Of a DNA stretch of 64,000 nucleotides, positions 41,580 through 52,008 are shown piece by piece. Every line of letters begins with the position of its first letter. Within the stretch, counting starts at the first letter, position 1. Origin of the DNA: Bacteroidia bacterium (GTDB lineage: Bacteria; Bacteroidota; Bacteroidia; M30B66); assembly GCA_965279035.1 (NCBI GenBank), contig OZ257142.1, positions 3,424,001 to 3,488,000 of the forward strand, given 5' to 3'. The notes beneath the pieces are model-generated. The model was not told the origin of the DNA and did not search any database. It saw only the letters and a list, made by a program, of their open reading frames with translations. Made by a program: the position numbers and the translations under genes.

Positions 41580-41960
41580 TTTGATGCGCGCCAAGTCCGA
41601 TTCAGTTCTAGCAAAGTTTCCAAGCAAAAAAAGCGACTTGAATACACATTCTGAAATAAGGCCAAAAACCATTCTGCAAATATTCTGTGTTTGTCGCCAT
41701 CAATTCTCTAGTTGATTTCATCAATCCATTAATTTGATTTTATCAGCAGTTCATTCCAGGCATATGGCGACAAACTTTTCAAAAACCTCTCAAATGGTTT
41801 TTGCCTATCCCTCAAATGCCGAGCTTTTTTTATCAAAAACGATTAGACATTCGTTTATTACTTTATTGTTTCCTGATAGCCGAAACTTCCTTTCGCCTTT
41901 AATGAATTATCTGACCACAATGCGAATGGCGAGTTTGGAAAATTTCGCGTTTCAAATAAC
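41576..41960. other. Non-coding structured cassette, copy A
   Basis: Ends GTTATTTGA/TCAAATAAC; no self-contained ORF >=60 aa; nested inverted repeats. Confidence 0.75.
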
Positions 41961-42082
41961 GTTCCGCACACACCTGAAGAGCCAAACGACGTGAACGGAT
42001 AGCTTTAGATTAGACGAATATAACAAGAAAAACGAATGCCTCAAACTCCCGAAATGCTTGGCTTTGCTGGTGTGTGCTGTTA
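41957..42082 (-). repeat. attC-like site 6 (resident family, empty)
   Basis: Same repeat as site 1. Confidence 0.9.
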
Positions 42083-42131
42083 GCGGATCGCCCGGCACTC
42101 ACATTTTCGCAGTTGTGAAGTCGAACTGAAC

Positions 42132-42578
42132 TTATTTAACTTTTGATAAGCTTACAATCAAGGAATCTGGAATTTTCAAATCGTTAACCTTCCTAATGTA
42201 TCTCATACTGTCTTTAGTCGAAAAATACTCATCACCGGCGTCTCCTCCTTTTTTCATTAAGATCCATTCATGTCGCCTTCCTTTTTGGTGCTTAATAATA
42301 AAAAATTGTTTATTAAAAGAATATTCGAACGGATTGCTTGCGATTTTTATATAGTCAGTATCTGTTTTTAATTCATAGTTCTGAATAAAATCTTTTCTTA
42401 ACCAGATTCCGCAATCATTGTTATTGCAGCCTAAATAATATTCATTCCAAATTTGTTTCTGAACTCTAATGTTTATTGCACTCGTGCCGCATCCTGAAAG
42501 AAGGAACAATAGGCCAGTTCCAGTCAGACCTTTCTTAACAAATTTTAGATATTTATGAGAGATGTTTAGCTTCTTCAA
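42132..42578 (-). CDS. Hypothetical lipoprotein-like cassette gene
   Basis: LLSGC lipobox; fills its cassette; start uncertain. Confidence 0.55.
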   Translation of the reverse strand: MKKLNISHKYLKFVKKGLTGTGLLFLLSGCGTSAINIRVQKQIWNEYYLGCNNNDCGIWLRKDFIQNYELKTDTDYIKIASNPFEYSFNKQFFIIKHQKGRRHEWILMKKGGDAGDEYFSTKDSMRYIRKVNDLKIPDSLIVSLSKVK

Positions 42579-42663
42579 AAGTATTTAATTACAGGTGACT
42601 TATTGATACTGATTTTCAAATGTTCAAAGTGACGTGATTGCTTTATGTAGGGTGTCCGCTAAC

Positions 42664-43928
42664 CTTTAGACTTGCAGTCAAAGATTTTAGCTGATAAATT
42701 TACCATAAATAAATGTAGTTAACCGAAAGCAGGGCGACCTATGCGCTAACAAGGATAATAGGCCTATGGAACGATATAGTGCCCTACTTTCTGGTTATTT
42801 AAGCCTCAGATAGATATTCGGGATTCAGGCCCATTATAAAGGTTTTGAGGTACAAATAACCATTGGTTAATCCGTTTTGCTAATTATAAAATTATGAATT
42901 CAAACCAGAACAACCAAAAACATTTTGTAGGAACAGATGTTTCAAAAGAAACACTTGATGTAACGATCTTTTTCAACTCCTCAATGCATTTTCATCAGCA
43001 ATTTTCAAATGACAGCAAGGGCTTTAAGCAATTGCTGAAATGGCTAGAAACCTATCCTGAATTCAGTTTTGAAAATACTTTATTCTGCATGGAACATACA
43101 GGAATTTACACTCGTCAGTTTGTTGAATTCCTCCTTTCGAAAGAAGCAAAGGTATGGATGGAGTCGGCACTGCATTTAAAGCGTTCTATGGGCATGACAA
43201 GGGGCAAAAGTGATAAGATCGATTCACTGCGAATTGCACGCTATGCAATGACTCATCAGGACCAAGCCAGGCTCGTAAATCTTTCCAATAAAACATTGTT
43301 GCTTATCAAAGACCTTATGAGTGCAAGAGAGCGGAGTAAAAAGGCCTACCAGTCCATAAAAGTCTCCATTGATGAAATGCAAAGAGTCGATGCAGCAACA
43401 GCAAAAGAGCTCTTGAGGATTAATAAACCAGCCCTTTCTGGATTATTGAAAAGCAAGATGGCGTTGGAAAAACGGATGATGGAATTAATAGCGATGGATC
43501 CTGAACTGAACGAGCTATTTGAGCTGGTTACTTCTGTCAAAGGTGTGGGTAATGTATTGGCAACCGAACTGATTGTTTATACACATGCATTTAAAAGAAT
43601 GGATGAAGCCAAACAACTGGCCTGCTATTGCGGAGTCGCTCCTTTTTCTCATACTTCCGGCACGAGTGTGCATGGAAGAAATGGAACTTCAAACTTTGCT
43701 AACATGGGACTTAAATCAACTTTACACTTGGCTGCACTTTCTTCAATTCGTTACGTACCTGAGCTTAAAACATATTATCAGAGGAAAGTAGCTGAGGGAA
43801 AATCCAAAATGAGCGTAATTAATGCCGTGCGGAATAAACTGTTGCAACGTGTCTTAGCAGTGGTAAAAAGAGGAACGCCTTACCAAGAAAATTATCAAGT
43901 AAATTAATTTGGAAAACTCATAGATATC
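42664..43928 (+). mobile_element. IS110 copy 3 in attC-like site 7 (bridge RNA ~42681-42870)
   Basis: Same ends and junctions as copy 1. Confidence 0.95.
42894..43907 (+). CDS. IS110 recombinase
   Basis: Identical translation to copy 1. Confidence 0.95.
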   Translation: MNSNQNNQKHFVGTDVSKETLDVTIFFNSSMHFHQQFSNDSKGFKQLLKWLETYPEFSFENTLFCMEHTGIYTRQFVEFLLSKEAKVWMESALHLKRSMGMTRGKSDKIDSLRIARYAMTHQDQARLVNLSNKTLLLIKDLMSARERSKKAYQSIKVSIDEMQRVDAATAKELLRINKPALSGLLKSKMALEKRMMELIAMDPELNELFELVTSVKGVGNVLATELIVYTHAFKRMDEAKQLACYCGVAPFSHTSGTSVHGRNGTSNFANMGLKSTLHLAALSSIRYVPELKTYYQRKVAEGKSKMSVINAVRNKLLQRVLAVVKRGTPYQENYQVN

Positions 43929-44050
43929 GTTCCGCACACACCTGAAGAGCCAAACGAGGTGAACGAAATGCTTTAGATTAGACGAATATAACAAGAAAAA
44001 CGAATGCCTCAAACTCCGGAAATGCTTGGCTTTGCTGGTGTGTGCTGTTA
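43928..44050 (-). repeat. attC-like site 7 (interrupted by IS110)
   Basis: Resident family repeat. Confidence 0.9.
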
Positions 44051-44089
44051 TAGGCTGCCATATTTTCAACCTAAATATCACAAGTTATT

Positions 44090-44698
44090 TTACTTTCTCT
44101 TGAAACTACAAAACAAGAAATTCTGTTTCGTATTAAATGGAGTTATATGATCTTCAGTAACACATTTTATTTTATCAAAACCAATTTCAAGCTGCTGTTG
44201 CAATTCTTCTTCGGTGTATTGGTGAACATCAAGCATTGAACATTTCGTAGGTCCGTGGTCACTAAAAGTTCCAATTGCCATAAAACCTTTTACAGCTTGT
44301 TGTGCAATTGTCAGATATGAATTTATATCTGTTGTGCTAGTTAGAAAATGAAAAGTTGCTCTGTCGTGCCAGCAATCGTAAGTTGTTGAAGGATGAAACT
44401 CTGTTACATCACTTACAATCCAATTTACTTTGGTTCCTTTGTCGCCTAAGCGTTGCTTTGCTCTTTCGATTGCATTCTCTGATATGTCAAGTACAGAAAT
44501 ATTTTCAAAACCTTCGTCAAGTAAATAGTCAACAAGCTTGCTGTCGCCACCACCAACATCAATGATACTTGCATTCTTAGGTAAATTAAAACTATGAATG
44601 AAATCCAAAGATGTTTTTGGTAATTCTTGCGTCCAGCTTACTTCATTAGGTTGCTTTGTTGCGTATACTTTTTCCCAATGCTCTTTTCTTGTTGTCAT
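44090..44698 (-). CDS. Class I SAM-dependent methyltransferase
   Basis: HWEKVY, IIDVGGGDS, LDIS, WHDRATFHFL. Confidence 0.9.
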   Translation of the reverse strand: MTTRKEHWEKVYATKQPNEVSWTQELPKTSLDFIHSFNLPKNASIIDVGGGDSKLVDYLLDEGFENISVLDISENAIERAKQRLGDKGTKVNWIVSDVTEFHPSTTYDCWHDRATFHFLTSTTDINSYLTIAQQAVKGFMAIGTFSDHGPTKCSMLDVHQYTEEELQQQLEIGFDKIKCVTEDHITPFNTKQNFLFCSFKRK

Positions 44699-44703
44699 AA
44701 ATT

Positions 44704-45267
44704 TTATTGTTTTGGCAATTTATAATCAATACCAAAGAATTTTGCATATTCTTCAATTGATTGTAATCCTGCTTTTGTTCTCCTCAAATTTACATTTTTC
44801 TCATCTTCAATTGGATAAAATTCTTGACCACCAGTTTCATTAAAAACGATTTGTGACCCATAAATTTGTTTTTTCCCTTGTCGCATTAATATTCTATCAT
44901 GCATTAGCGCTTCATCAGATGCTGAAGATTCACCTTTTCTAACAGATTCTTGAAGTAAAGGAAAGTAGAATTCTTGCGTTATTAAATCTGCATGTTGAAT
45001 AACAAGAAACAAAACCTGATTATGATTACCAACTACATTTCTACCTAACCAACCATGCTTTGCAATTAAAGATTTAATCAGAACTAAGTTACAACTATCA
45101 ATGTAATCAATGAATTCAACAGAATCTAAACCTTTTCGTGTCTTTTGATCTCGTTCATATATAAACTTCAATTCAGCTTTAATTGCTGTAGTATCAATAT
45201 TTGATTGTGCGAAAGCTAATTCACAACAAATGAAATTTAATAGAATAATGAAAATGTTCTTAGTCAT
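44704..45267 (-). CDS. DUF6624-like secreted protein
   Basis: DQKTR, FLVIQHAD, DRILMRQGKKQIYGSQ, VNLRRxxAGL. Confidence 0.75.
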   Translation of the reverse strand: MTKNIFIILLNFICCELAFAQSNIDTTAIKAELKFIYERDQKTRKGLDSVEFIDYIDSCNLVLIKSLIAKHGWLGRNVVGNHNQVLFLVIQHADLITQEFYFPLLQESVRKGESSASDEALMHDRILMRQGKKQIYGSQIVFNETGGQEFYPIEDEKNVNLRRTKAGLQSIEEYAKFFGIDYKLPKQ

Positions 45268-45304
45268 AATGAAGTCAATAGTAATTGTATTTTATGGTTG
45301 CCTA

Positions 45305-45430
45305 TAACGTTTTCGGGCTTGGCGAAGGTGGCGATTTTCACCACAAATGTTAATGCGGAGAACCAAACTTTGATTAACCACAAATGTGTCTACGGTGCAC
45401 TGAACCGCCACTTTTGCCAAACCCGTGTTA
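45305..45430 (-). repeat. attC-like site 8 (divergent)
   Basis: TAAC-GTTTT-CGGGCTTGGCGAAGGTGGCG...CGCCACTTTTGCCAAACCCG-T-GTTA. Confidence 0.9.
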
Positions 45431-45442
45431 GCGGTTCGTTGT

Positions 45443-46834
45443 TTAATATACCTGATATCTGCACCATTTAATAATTTCTGGATACAGGTCAGCTATGGTC
45501 GCTCCACTAATTCTGTTTTTATAGAGCCTTATGAGTTCTTTGTTAAATTCAGGAAACCTTGAAAACCCGCGGTTGTATTTCATATTTTTTTCTATTTTAT
45601 TGATTAAAGTTTCTTGTTCGTCTATTGGTGCATAGTCCAGATAATATAGCGACACCAAAGCCCAATTCATATATTCTTCAAAACATGATAAGGCCTTTGG
45701 ATAGCCCATAACTGCTGCTGAATTTTCAGCTTCCCAATTTTTTAAGTCCTTAAACGCTGTAATGAAATTTTCATCCATTGAATATTTTTCTGCTTCTGGA
45801 TTAATATACGAATGGTTTAATTCGGTAAAAGCAATGCTTCCGTTTCTTAACTGATTTGACTTTGCGGAATAATTCTTATCAGATTTGTCTGAATACGGGA
45901 AATTAATATGCACCTGAGCTTCTTTAAATCCATTATTGTCAAATTTATTTGCAGATTGACTTCCGCCTACAAGTGGTGAGAAAATTACTTTGTAACAATT
46001 ATATGAAGTAGAAGGGAAATTTTTATTTAACCATTGTTGCATTTCCGAAATATTTATGCTGTCTTTAAAATACATGATTTGTGAATTATACAATGGTATG
46101 TGATTTTTATAGAATTTTGAAAAATTGGTTTTCATATAGAAATTTTCTAATTCTGCAGTAAACGGTAAAATTGTATTTGTATATTCCCAATTTACCCTAT
46201 TATATACACCATTATTGATTATTTTCCCTTTGTTAGTTACAAACGCATAGGCATCCATTTTAAGATAAAAATATTTCCACCATTCTTTTTGCAAAACTGC
46301 ATTAAAAGACAAAACTACTTTCTCGTTTTTAAACTTTTCGAAATATTTAATCACATCCTTATAATATTCTGTTTCATGATTGACCAAATCACTGTCATTT
46401 AAACCTTTATTTGTAAGCGCTATTATCACATTGACTAATTCGTAAACTTCTGGAGCTTCAATAACGGTTTTATTATCATAAAGTTTTTTATATTCATTTG
46501 AAAAGGTTGCCGGTTCTGGATGCCCTGCAATTCTTGTTATGGCGCTGTCTTTTCCTAGAAGTACAACAAAATCATAATTTCTATTCGATTCGACATTAAA
46601 GGCTATAGAATCCTTGTCGGTAATAAATACCACTTTTGTCAATTTGGATTTAGGTACTACTACATCCCAAACATCTGGGCGAACCTCTGGTGAAATAGTC
46701 CATTCGGATGTGCCATTGTTCCCATTTCGAATGTATGCAAGCGTTTTAGATGCCTTTATAATTGGGACCTTTGTCTGCGCATAAGAAACGAAAAAAAAGG
46801 TCAAACTTAGAATGGTAAATAATACTCTTTTCAT
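45443..46834 (-). CDS. Secreted DUF4932-like protein
   Basis: Signal peptide; PEVYELVN, FTELNHSYINP, FEEYMNWA. Confidence 0.65.
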   Translation of the reverse strand: MKRVLFTILSLTFFFVSYAQTKVPIIKASKTLAYIRNGNNGTSEWTISPEVRPDVWDVVVPKSKLTKVVFITDKDSIAFNVESNRNYDFVVLLGKDSAITRIAGHPEPATFSNEYKKLYDNKTVIEAPEVYELVNVIIALTNKGLNDSDLVNHETEYYKDVIKYFEKFKNEKVVLSFNAVLQKEWWKYFYLKMDAYAFVTNKGKIINNGVYNRVNWEYTNTILPFTAELENFYMKTNFSKFYKNHIPLYNSQIMYFKDSINISEMQQWLNKNFPSTSYNCYKVIFSPLVGGSQSANKFDNNGFKEAQVHINFPYSDKSDKNYSAKSNQLRNGSIAFTELNHSYINPEAEKYSMDENFITAFKDLKNWEAENSAAVMGYPKALSCFEEYMNWALVSLYYLDYAPIDEQETLINKIEKNMKYNRGFSRFPEFNKELIRLYKNRISGATIADLYPEIIKWCRYQVY

Positions 46835-46892
46835 AATATTCTTGTTGTTTTATCTATTTGATGGTCGTGGTGCCAGTCTTTACAATGACCGC

Positions 46893-47019
46893 TAACGCTC
46901 CGCGTGCAACTCGAGGTTTGGGAATTGGTGAACTGAATGCTTTAGATTAGACGAATATAGCAAGAAAATTGAAATGTTTTAACCAAGCAAAATGCCCAAA
47001 TCTTGAGTGCACGCTGTTA
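46893..47019 (-). repeat. attC-like site 9 (variant stem, resident-type loop)
   Basis: TAAC-GCTCC-GCGTGCAACTCGAGGTTTGGG...CCCAAATCTTGAGTGCACGC-T-GTTA. Confidence 0.9.
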
Positions 47020-47400
47020 TTTGATGCGCGCCAAGTCCGATTCAGTTCCAGCAAACTTTCCAAGCAAAAAAAGCGACTTGAATACACATTCTGAAATAAG
47101 GCCAAAAACCATTCATCAAATTATCAATGTTTGTCGCCATCAATTCTCAAGTTGATTTCATCAATCCATTAACTTGATTTCATCTACAGTTCATTCCAGG
47201 CATATGGCGACAAACTTTTCAAAAACCTCTCAAATGGTTTTTGCCTTTCCCTCAAATGCCGAGCTTTTTTTATCAAAAACGATTAGACATTCGTTTATTA
47301 CTTTATTCTTTCCTGATAGCCGAAACTTCCTTTCGCCTTTAATGAATTATCTGACAATAATGCGAATGGCGTGTTTGGAAAATTTCGCGTTTCAAATAAC
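47016..47400. other. Non-coding structured cassette, copy B
   Basis: Near-identical to 41576-41960. Confidence 0.75.
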
Positions 47401-47522
47401 GTTCCGCACACACCTGAAGAGCCAAACGAGGTAAACGAAATGCTTTAGATTAGACGAATATAACAAGAAAAACGGATGCCTCAAACTCCCGAAATGCTTG
47501 GCTTTGCTGGTGTGTGCTGTTA
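47397..47522 (-). repeat. attC-like site 10 (resident family, empty)
   Basis: Same repeat as site 1. Confidence 0.9.
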
Positions 47523-47602
47523 GCCACTGGCACATGTTAAACTACAGAATAACTTATTTAAATGGAAATTATATATAAGATTTAAATTTATTTCAATCAA
47601 GT

Positions 47603-48952
47603 TTATCTAATCAAATGCACTACTCCTTTTTTCGATTTATTAATTCCCACTGATGATTCATAATTAACAATCCAAAAGTAAGTTCCATCTGGACATTGTT
47701 TATCAACATGATTTCCATTCCAACCTTGATTTGGAATGCTTGTTTGAAATAATTGTATGCCCCAACGATTATAAATTGTTAAAGAAAAGTTTTTCACTTG
47801 TTGAATTTTGATTGGTAAAAACTCTTCATTGATTCCATCGCTATTGGGTGTGAATACATTGGGCATTTCTAATAATGTTGTACAATTGGTGTCTACTTGT
47901 ATTGTGTCACTTCTAACAGCGCAAGCGTTTGAAAGTGTAACAAAATAGGTACCTGGTTGTGTTATCAGAAAAGTTGGATTTGTTGAGCCATCTTGCCAAT
48001 AAATGTTGGTCGCATTTGTTTTTTGCGCTTCAAGTAGAATCGGTTGGTCAAAACATATTGATGTGTTTGATGGAAAAACTTGTTTCAAAGGTAGATCTAC
48101 ATTGATGGGGAATTCTATAGTATCGCCATCGGTGAACAACAAGTAGGTTGTGTTAAATTCAGGAGAAACAGTGAGCGTTTTTTGATTTGAAATACTCACA
48201 TTGGGATCATCTGCTTCTACCCATTTAAAAATGCTATCGCGACTAAAATGTTCAAGTGTTATACTTTGCCCACGGCAAATGCTGTAATCCATTTGAACAA
48301 GCTCAATTTTATCAATAAAATAATATGCTTCAGAGTTTAATGTTGGATTGTTTAAAAGGGTGTGTAAATCATCGTGGAAATTGCCAAAAGTAACATAGTG
48401 AAAAGTGTCTTGTGCAGTAAATACAAAAGATAGTAATGTCCAATCATTATAAGATTCTAACATTTCAGTGTATTCAATTTGAGGCTCCAATAAAATTACA
48501 TCATGTCCACCATTACCTGGTGGTTGGTTTAATGGTAATATGCTAAAATTCGCACCAATGTTGTTGGTAGTAATATGGAAGGCTAAAGAGTTTAATTTTT
48601 TTCCATTTGTAATATAAAACTGAAGTCTATATTTTTCACCTTTCGCTAGTGGTTCAATTAATTGAATACCAAGGTATTCTCGTTTATTATTTGTGTTTGA
48701 AGCTTTATAATATGTAAAAAAGCCAGCCTGACCAAGTCCTGAATATGGTTGAAGTCTATGACCTATATTAAAACCTGATTCATGGTTGTAATCTGGAGAA
48801 CCACTCGTTCGAATCCAACCTGTAGCAAGCTCTATTTCACTCCATTGGGTTGGTAATGAAGTGTATTCTTCAAAATCTCCATTGGGAATTAAATTTTGTG
48901 ATTGGGCAGGTATAACTAGCCACAGCATAAGTATGATGGATATATATTTCAT
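47603..48952 (-). CDS. Secreted protein with T9SS type B (gliding-motility-associated) CTD
   Basis: QNLIPNGDFE; MPNVFTPNSDGINE..IYNRWG..GWNG..GTYFW..KGVVHLIR. Confidence 0.9.
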   Translation of the reverse strand: MKYISIILMLWLVIPAQSQNLIPNGDFEEYTSLPTQWSEIELATGWIRTSGSPDYNHESGFNIGHRLQPYSGLGQAGFFTYYKASNTNNKREYLGIQLIEPLAKGEKYRLQFYITNGKKLNSLAFHITTNNIGANFSILPLNQPPGNGGHDVILLEPQIEYTEMLESYNDWTLLSFVFTAQDTFHYVTFGNFHDDLHTLLNNPTLNSEAYYFIDKIELVQMDYSICRGQSITLEHFSRDSIFKWVEADDPNVSISNQKTLTVSPEFNTTYLLFTDGDTIEFPINVDLPLKQVFPSNTSICFDQPILLEAQKTNATNIYWQDGSTNPTFLITQPGTYFVTLSNACAVRSDTIQVDTNCTTLLEMPNVFTPNSDGINEEFLPIKIQQVKNFSLTIYNRWGIQLFQTSIPNQGWNGNHVDKQCPDGTYFWIVNYESSVGINKSKKGVVHLIR

Positions 48953-49170
48953 AATACGACATAAAATTCATGAAACTTTGTCTTTTCTCGAGGAATGGAA
49001 ACGTTATTTGGTTGATTAAATTGCTCATGCATGGTTTAATTATTTTTACGGTCATATCTTGCAAAGTATAGTTCCTTGAGTTGATAATATTTCCAAAAGA
49101 AGAGATATCTAATACTCCGAATGTTCTCTGCTTGTTTCTATTTGAGTCAACAGTTGTTCTTGTGGCTAAC

Positions 49171-50435
49171 CTTTAGACTTGCAGTCAAAGATTTTAGCTG
49201 ATAAATTTACCATAAATAAATGTAGTTAACCGAAAGCAGGGCGACCTATGCGCTAACAAGGATAATAGGCCTATGGAACGATATAGTGCCCTACTTTCTG
49301 GTTATTTAAGCCTCAGATAGATATTCGGGATTCAGGCCCATTATAAAGGTTTTGAGGTACAAATAACCATTGGTTAATCCGTTTTGCTAATTATAAAATT
49401 ATGAATTCAAACCAGAACAACCAAAAACATTTTGTAGGAACAGATGTTTCAAAAGAAACACTTGATGTAACGATCTTTTTCAACTCCTCAATGCATTTTC
49501 ATCAGCAATTTTCAAATGACAGCAAGGGCTTTAAGCAATTGCTGAAATGGCTAGAAACCTATCCTGAATTCAGTTTTGAAAATACTTTATTCTGCATGGA
49601 ACATACAGGAATTTACACTCGTCAGTTTGTTGAATTCCTCCTTTCGAAAGAAGCAAAGGTATGGATGGAGTCGGCACTGCATTTAAAGCGTTCTATGGGC
49701 ATGACAAGGGGCAAAAGTGATAAGATCGATTCACTGCGAATTGCACGCTATGCAATGACTCATCAGGACCAAGCCAGGCTCGTAAATCTTTCCAATAAAA
49801 CATTGTTGCTTATCAAAGACCTTATGAGTGCAAGAGAGCGGAGTAAAAAGGCCTACCAGTCCATAAAAGTCTCCATTGATGAAATGCAAAGAGTCGATGC
49901 AGCAACAGCAAAAGAGCTCTTGAGGATTAATAAACCAGCCCTTTCTGGATTATTGAAAAGCAAGATGGCGTTGGAAAAACGGATGATGGAATTAATAGCG
50001 ATGGATCCTGAACTGAACGAGCTATTTGAGCTGGTTACTTCTGTCAAAGGTGTGGGTAATGTATTGGCAACCGAACTGATTGTTTATACACATGCATTTA
50101 AAAGAATGGATGAAGCCAAACAACTGGCCTGCTATTGCGGAGTCGCTCCTTTTTCTCATACTTCCGGCACGAGTGTGCATGGAAGAAATGGAACTTCAAA
50201 CTTTGCTAACATGGGACTTAAATCAACTTTACACTTGGCTGCACTTTCTTCAATTCGTTACGTACCTGAGCTTAAAACATATTATCAGAGGAAAGTAGCT
50301 GAGGGAAAATCCAAAATGAGCGTAATTAATGCCGTGCGGAATAAACTGTTGCAACGTGTCTTAGCAGTGGTAAAAAGAGGAACGCCTTACCAAGAAAATT
50401 ATCAAGTAAATTAATTTGGAAAACTCATAGATATC
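49171..50435 (+). mobile_element. IS110 copy 4 in attC-like site 11 (bridge RNA ~49188-49377)
   Basis: Same ends; target GGCTAAC|GTTTCG. Confidence 0.95.
49401..50414 (+). CDS. IS110 recombinase
   Basis: Identical translation to copy 1. Confidence 0.95.
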   Translation: MNSNQNNQKHFVGTDVSKETLDVTIFFNSSMHFHQQFSNDSKGFKQLLKWLETYPEFSFENTLFCMEHTGIYTRQFVEFLLSKEAKVWMESALHLKRSMGMTRGKSDKIDSLRIARYAMTHQDQARLVNLSNKTLLLIKDLMSARERSKKAYQSIKVSIDEMQRVDAATAKELLRINKPALSGLLKSKMALEKRMMELIAMDPELNELFELVTSVKGVGNVLATELIVYTHAFKRMDEAKQLACYCGVAPFSHTSGTSVHGRNGTSNFANMGLKSTLHLAALSSIRYVPELKTYYQRKVAEGKSKMSVINAVRNKLLQRVLAVVKRGTPYQENYQVN

Positions 50436-50557
50436 GTTTCGCACACACCTGAAGAGCCAAATGAGTTGAACGAAATGCTTTAGATTAGACGAATATAACA
50501 AGAAAAACGAATGCCTCAAACTCCCGAAATGCTTGGCTTTGCTGGTGTGTGCTGTTA
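50435..50557 (-). repeat. attC-like site 11 (interrupted by IS110)
   Basis: Resident family repeat. Confidence 0.9.
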
Positions 50558-50572
50558 TAGGCTGGCATTCTA

Positions 50573-51280
50573 TCAATTGTCTATTGGTTTGTCAAGTTTT
50601 CTGAAATTCCAATTCTTTTTAATTGTCTTTCCTGTCGCAAATTCATTTAGCCATACATCTTTAAATTTTGGGTTTAAATAGGTGTTGTCGGGCAAATAAG
50701 TTAGAATATGCTGTGAGGACAAATAGAACTGAATAAAGTTTCCAATATCTGGCCTATAGAAATTACCTAATATACCTATGCTGTCTTTTAAATCGCATAG
50801 ATATTTGAATTTTTCAAACGGATCGTTTGTCGCAAACAATTCATTTAAGGGAATATTTTGAACAATGATTTGGCTTTGTCCGTAATTATCAACAGTCGAG
50901 ATGCGGACAGATTCATTTTTAAATTTAGTAAAGTCAACTTCGTAAAATTTTGAAGTATCAATTTGTATGTTGCAAGGAAAGTCTTTTTTGAAGTTCTCGA
51001 AACGACTTATTGAAAGTTTGATACTGTCAATGTTGTTAAAATAAAAACAACTGTAACTATAAAAACCGCTGTCTGGGTTGTCCGAGTGTTTGGTAAAAAT
51101 ATCTGCTTCACCACGATGTCCAAAACCCCATTCATAAAATGTCTTAATATTAATTCTATCAAGTTTATCGGTAATATTCAGAGCTTTATCTTTAATATTA
51201 TTATCCGAAAATTTAGAGTTCGAACAAGCAAATAATGCAGTCAGAATAATAAAGGTCAATATTGTCGTGTAATGTTTCAT
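50573..51280 (-). CDS. Hypothetical lipoprotein
   Basis: LFAC lipobox; fills its cassette. Confidence 0.75.
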   Translation of the reverse strand: MKHYTTILTFIILTALFACSNSKFSDNNIKDKALNITDKLDRINIKTFYEWGFGHRGEADIFTKHSDNPDSGFYSYSCFYFNNIDSIKLSISRFENFKKDFPCNIQIDTSKFYEVDFTKFKNESVRISTVDNYGQSQIIVQNIPLNELFATNDPFEKFKYLCDLKDSIGILGNFYRPDIGNFIQFYLSSQHILTYLPDNTYLNPKFKDVWLNEFATGKTIKKNWNFRKLDKPIDN

Positions 51281-51292
51281 TATGCTTGCCTA

Positions 51293-51417
51293 TAACGCTC
51301 CGCAGCTATCGGCTGAACCGGAGAACGGAACGTGATGCTTTAGATTATACGAATGTAATATAGAATTACCAATGTATCAACTTACCCAAATGCCGGTTTT
51401 GCCGATAGCTGCTGTTA
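51293..51417 (-). repeat. attC-like site 12 (variant stem)
   Basis: TAAC-GCTCC-GCAGCTATCGGC..ACCGG...CCGGT..GCCGATAGCTGC-T-GTTA. Confidence 0.9.
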
Positions 51418-51519
51418 TACGCTGCCAAGATTTTCGCTCGGAGTTTGTCAGCCCAGAATTCGTATAAAGGATGTTCAAAGTGATTTACATTCATTGATAT
51501 GTCGGTCTGGGTTTGCATT

Positions 51520-51972
51520 TTACTTTTTGAATGCGTCTTTGATTTTAGATGAATGTGCTTTTAATCCTTGGCCTACAATTGAATTTGTTCCAAGCGAAAG
51601 GTCAATTTTCTTTTGGTCATTGTCAAGCCAAAGAATAAGTTTTCCATTTGAGAAATAATATTGGTTACTAACCACACCTTTTTTGTTTTTGTCATAATTG
51701 TAGTCAATAGCAAAGTATAATTGTCCGTTGCTGAAGTAGTAGTCCACACCGTTTTTCTCTGCTTCACCAAACACAATTAATTTAATCTGATTGCCCTCAT
51801 AATATGCGGTTGCTGGGTCCTTAATCTTGGCTGTATTGTAGGACTTAAGATTGTCCTGAATGAAATGATATTGTTTCTTGATATTATTAATAATTGAATC
51901 AGTTGCAGGTTCTGTCTGTCCGAAACAACCAAACGAAAAAGTTAGAAATATTGTAACCAAAATATTTTTCAT
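51520..51972 (-). CDS. Hypothetical secreted protein
   Basis: Signal peptide; YYFSNGxL motif twice. Confidence 0.7.
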   Translation of the reverse strand: MKNILVTIFLTFSFGCFGQTEPATDSIINNIKKQYHFIQDNLKSYNTAKIKDPATAYYEGNQIKLIVFGEAEKNGVDYYFSNGQLYFAIDYNYDKNKKGVVSNQYYFSNGKLILWLDNDQKKIDLSLGTNSIVGQGLKAHSSKIKDAFKK

Positions 51973-52008
51973 TGCTTGATTTGTTTTTTATTTTCTGATT
52001 TCACAAAT

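Noticed and set aside
41734-41994. 86-aa ORF (and its twin at 47174-47434) as the gene of the duplicated cassette
   Set aside because: TTG start, opposite to array orientation, and it runs through the recombination hairpin; probably spurious.
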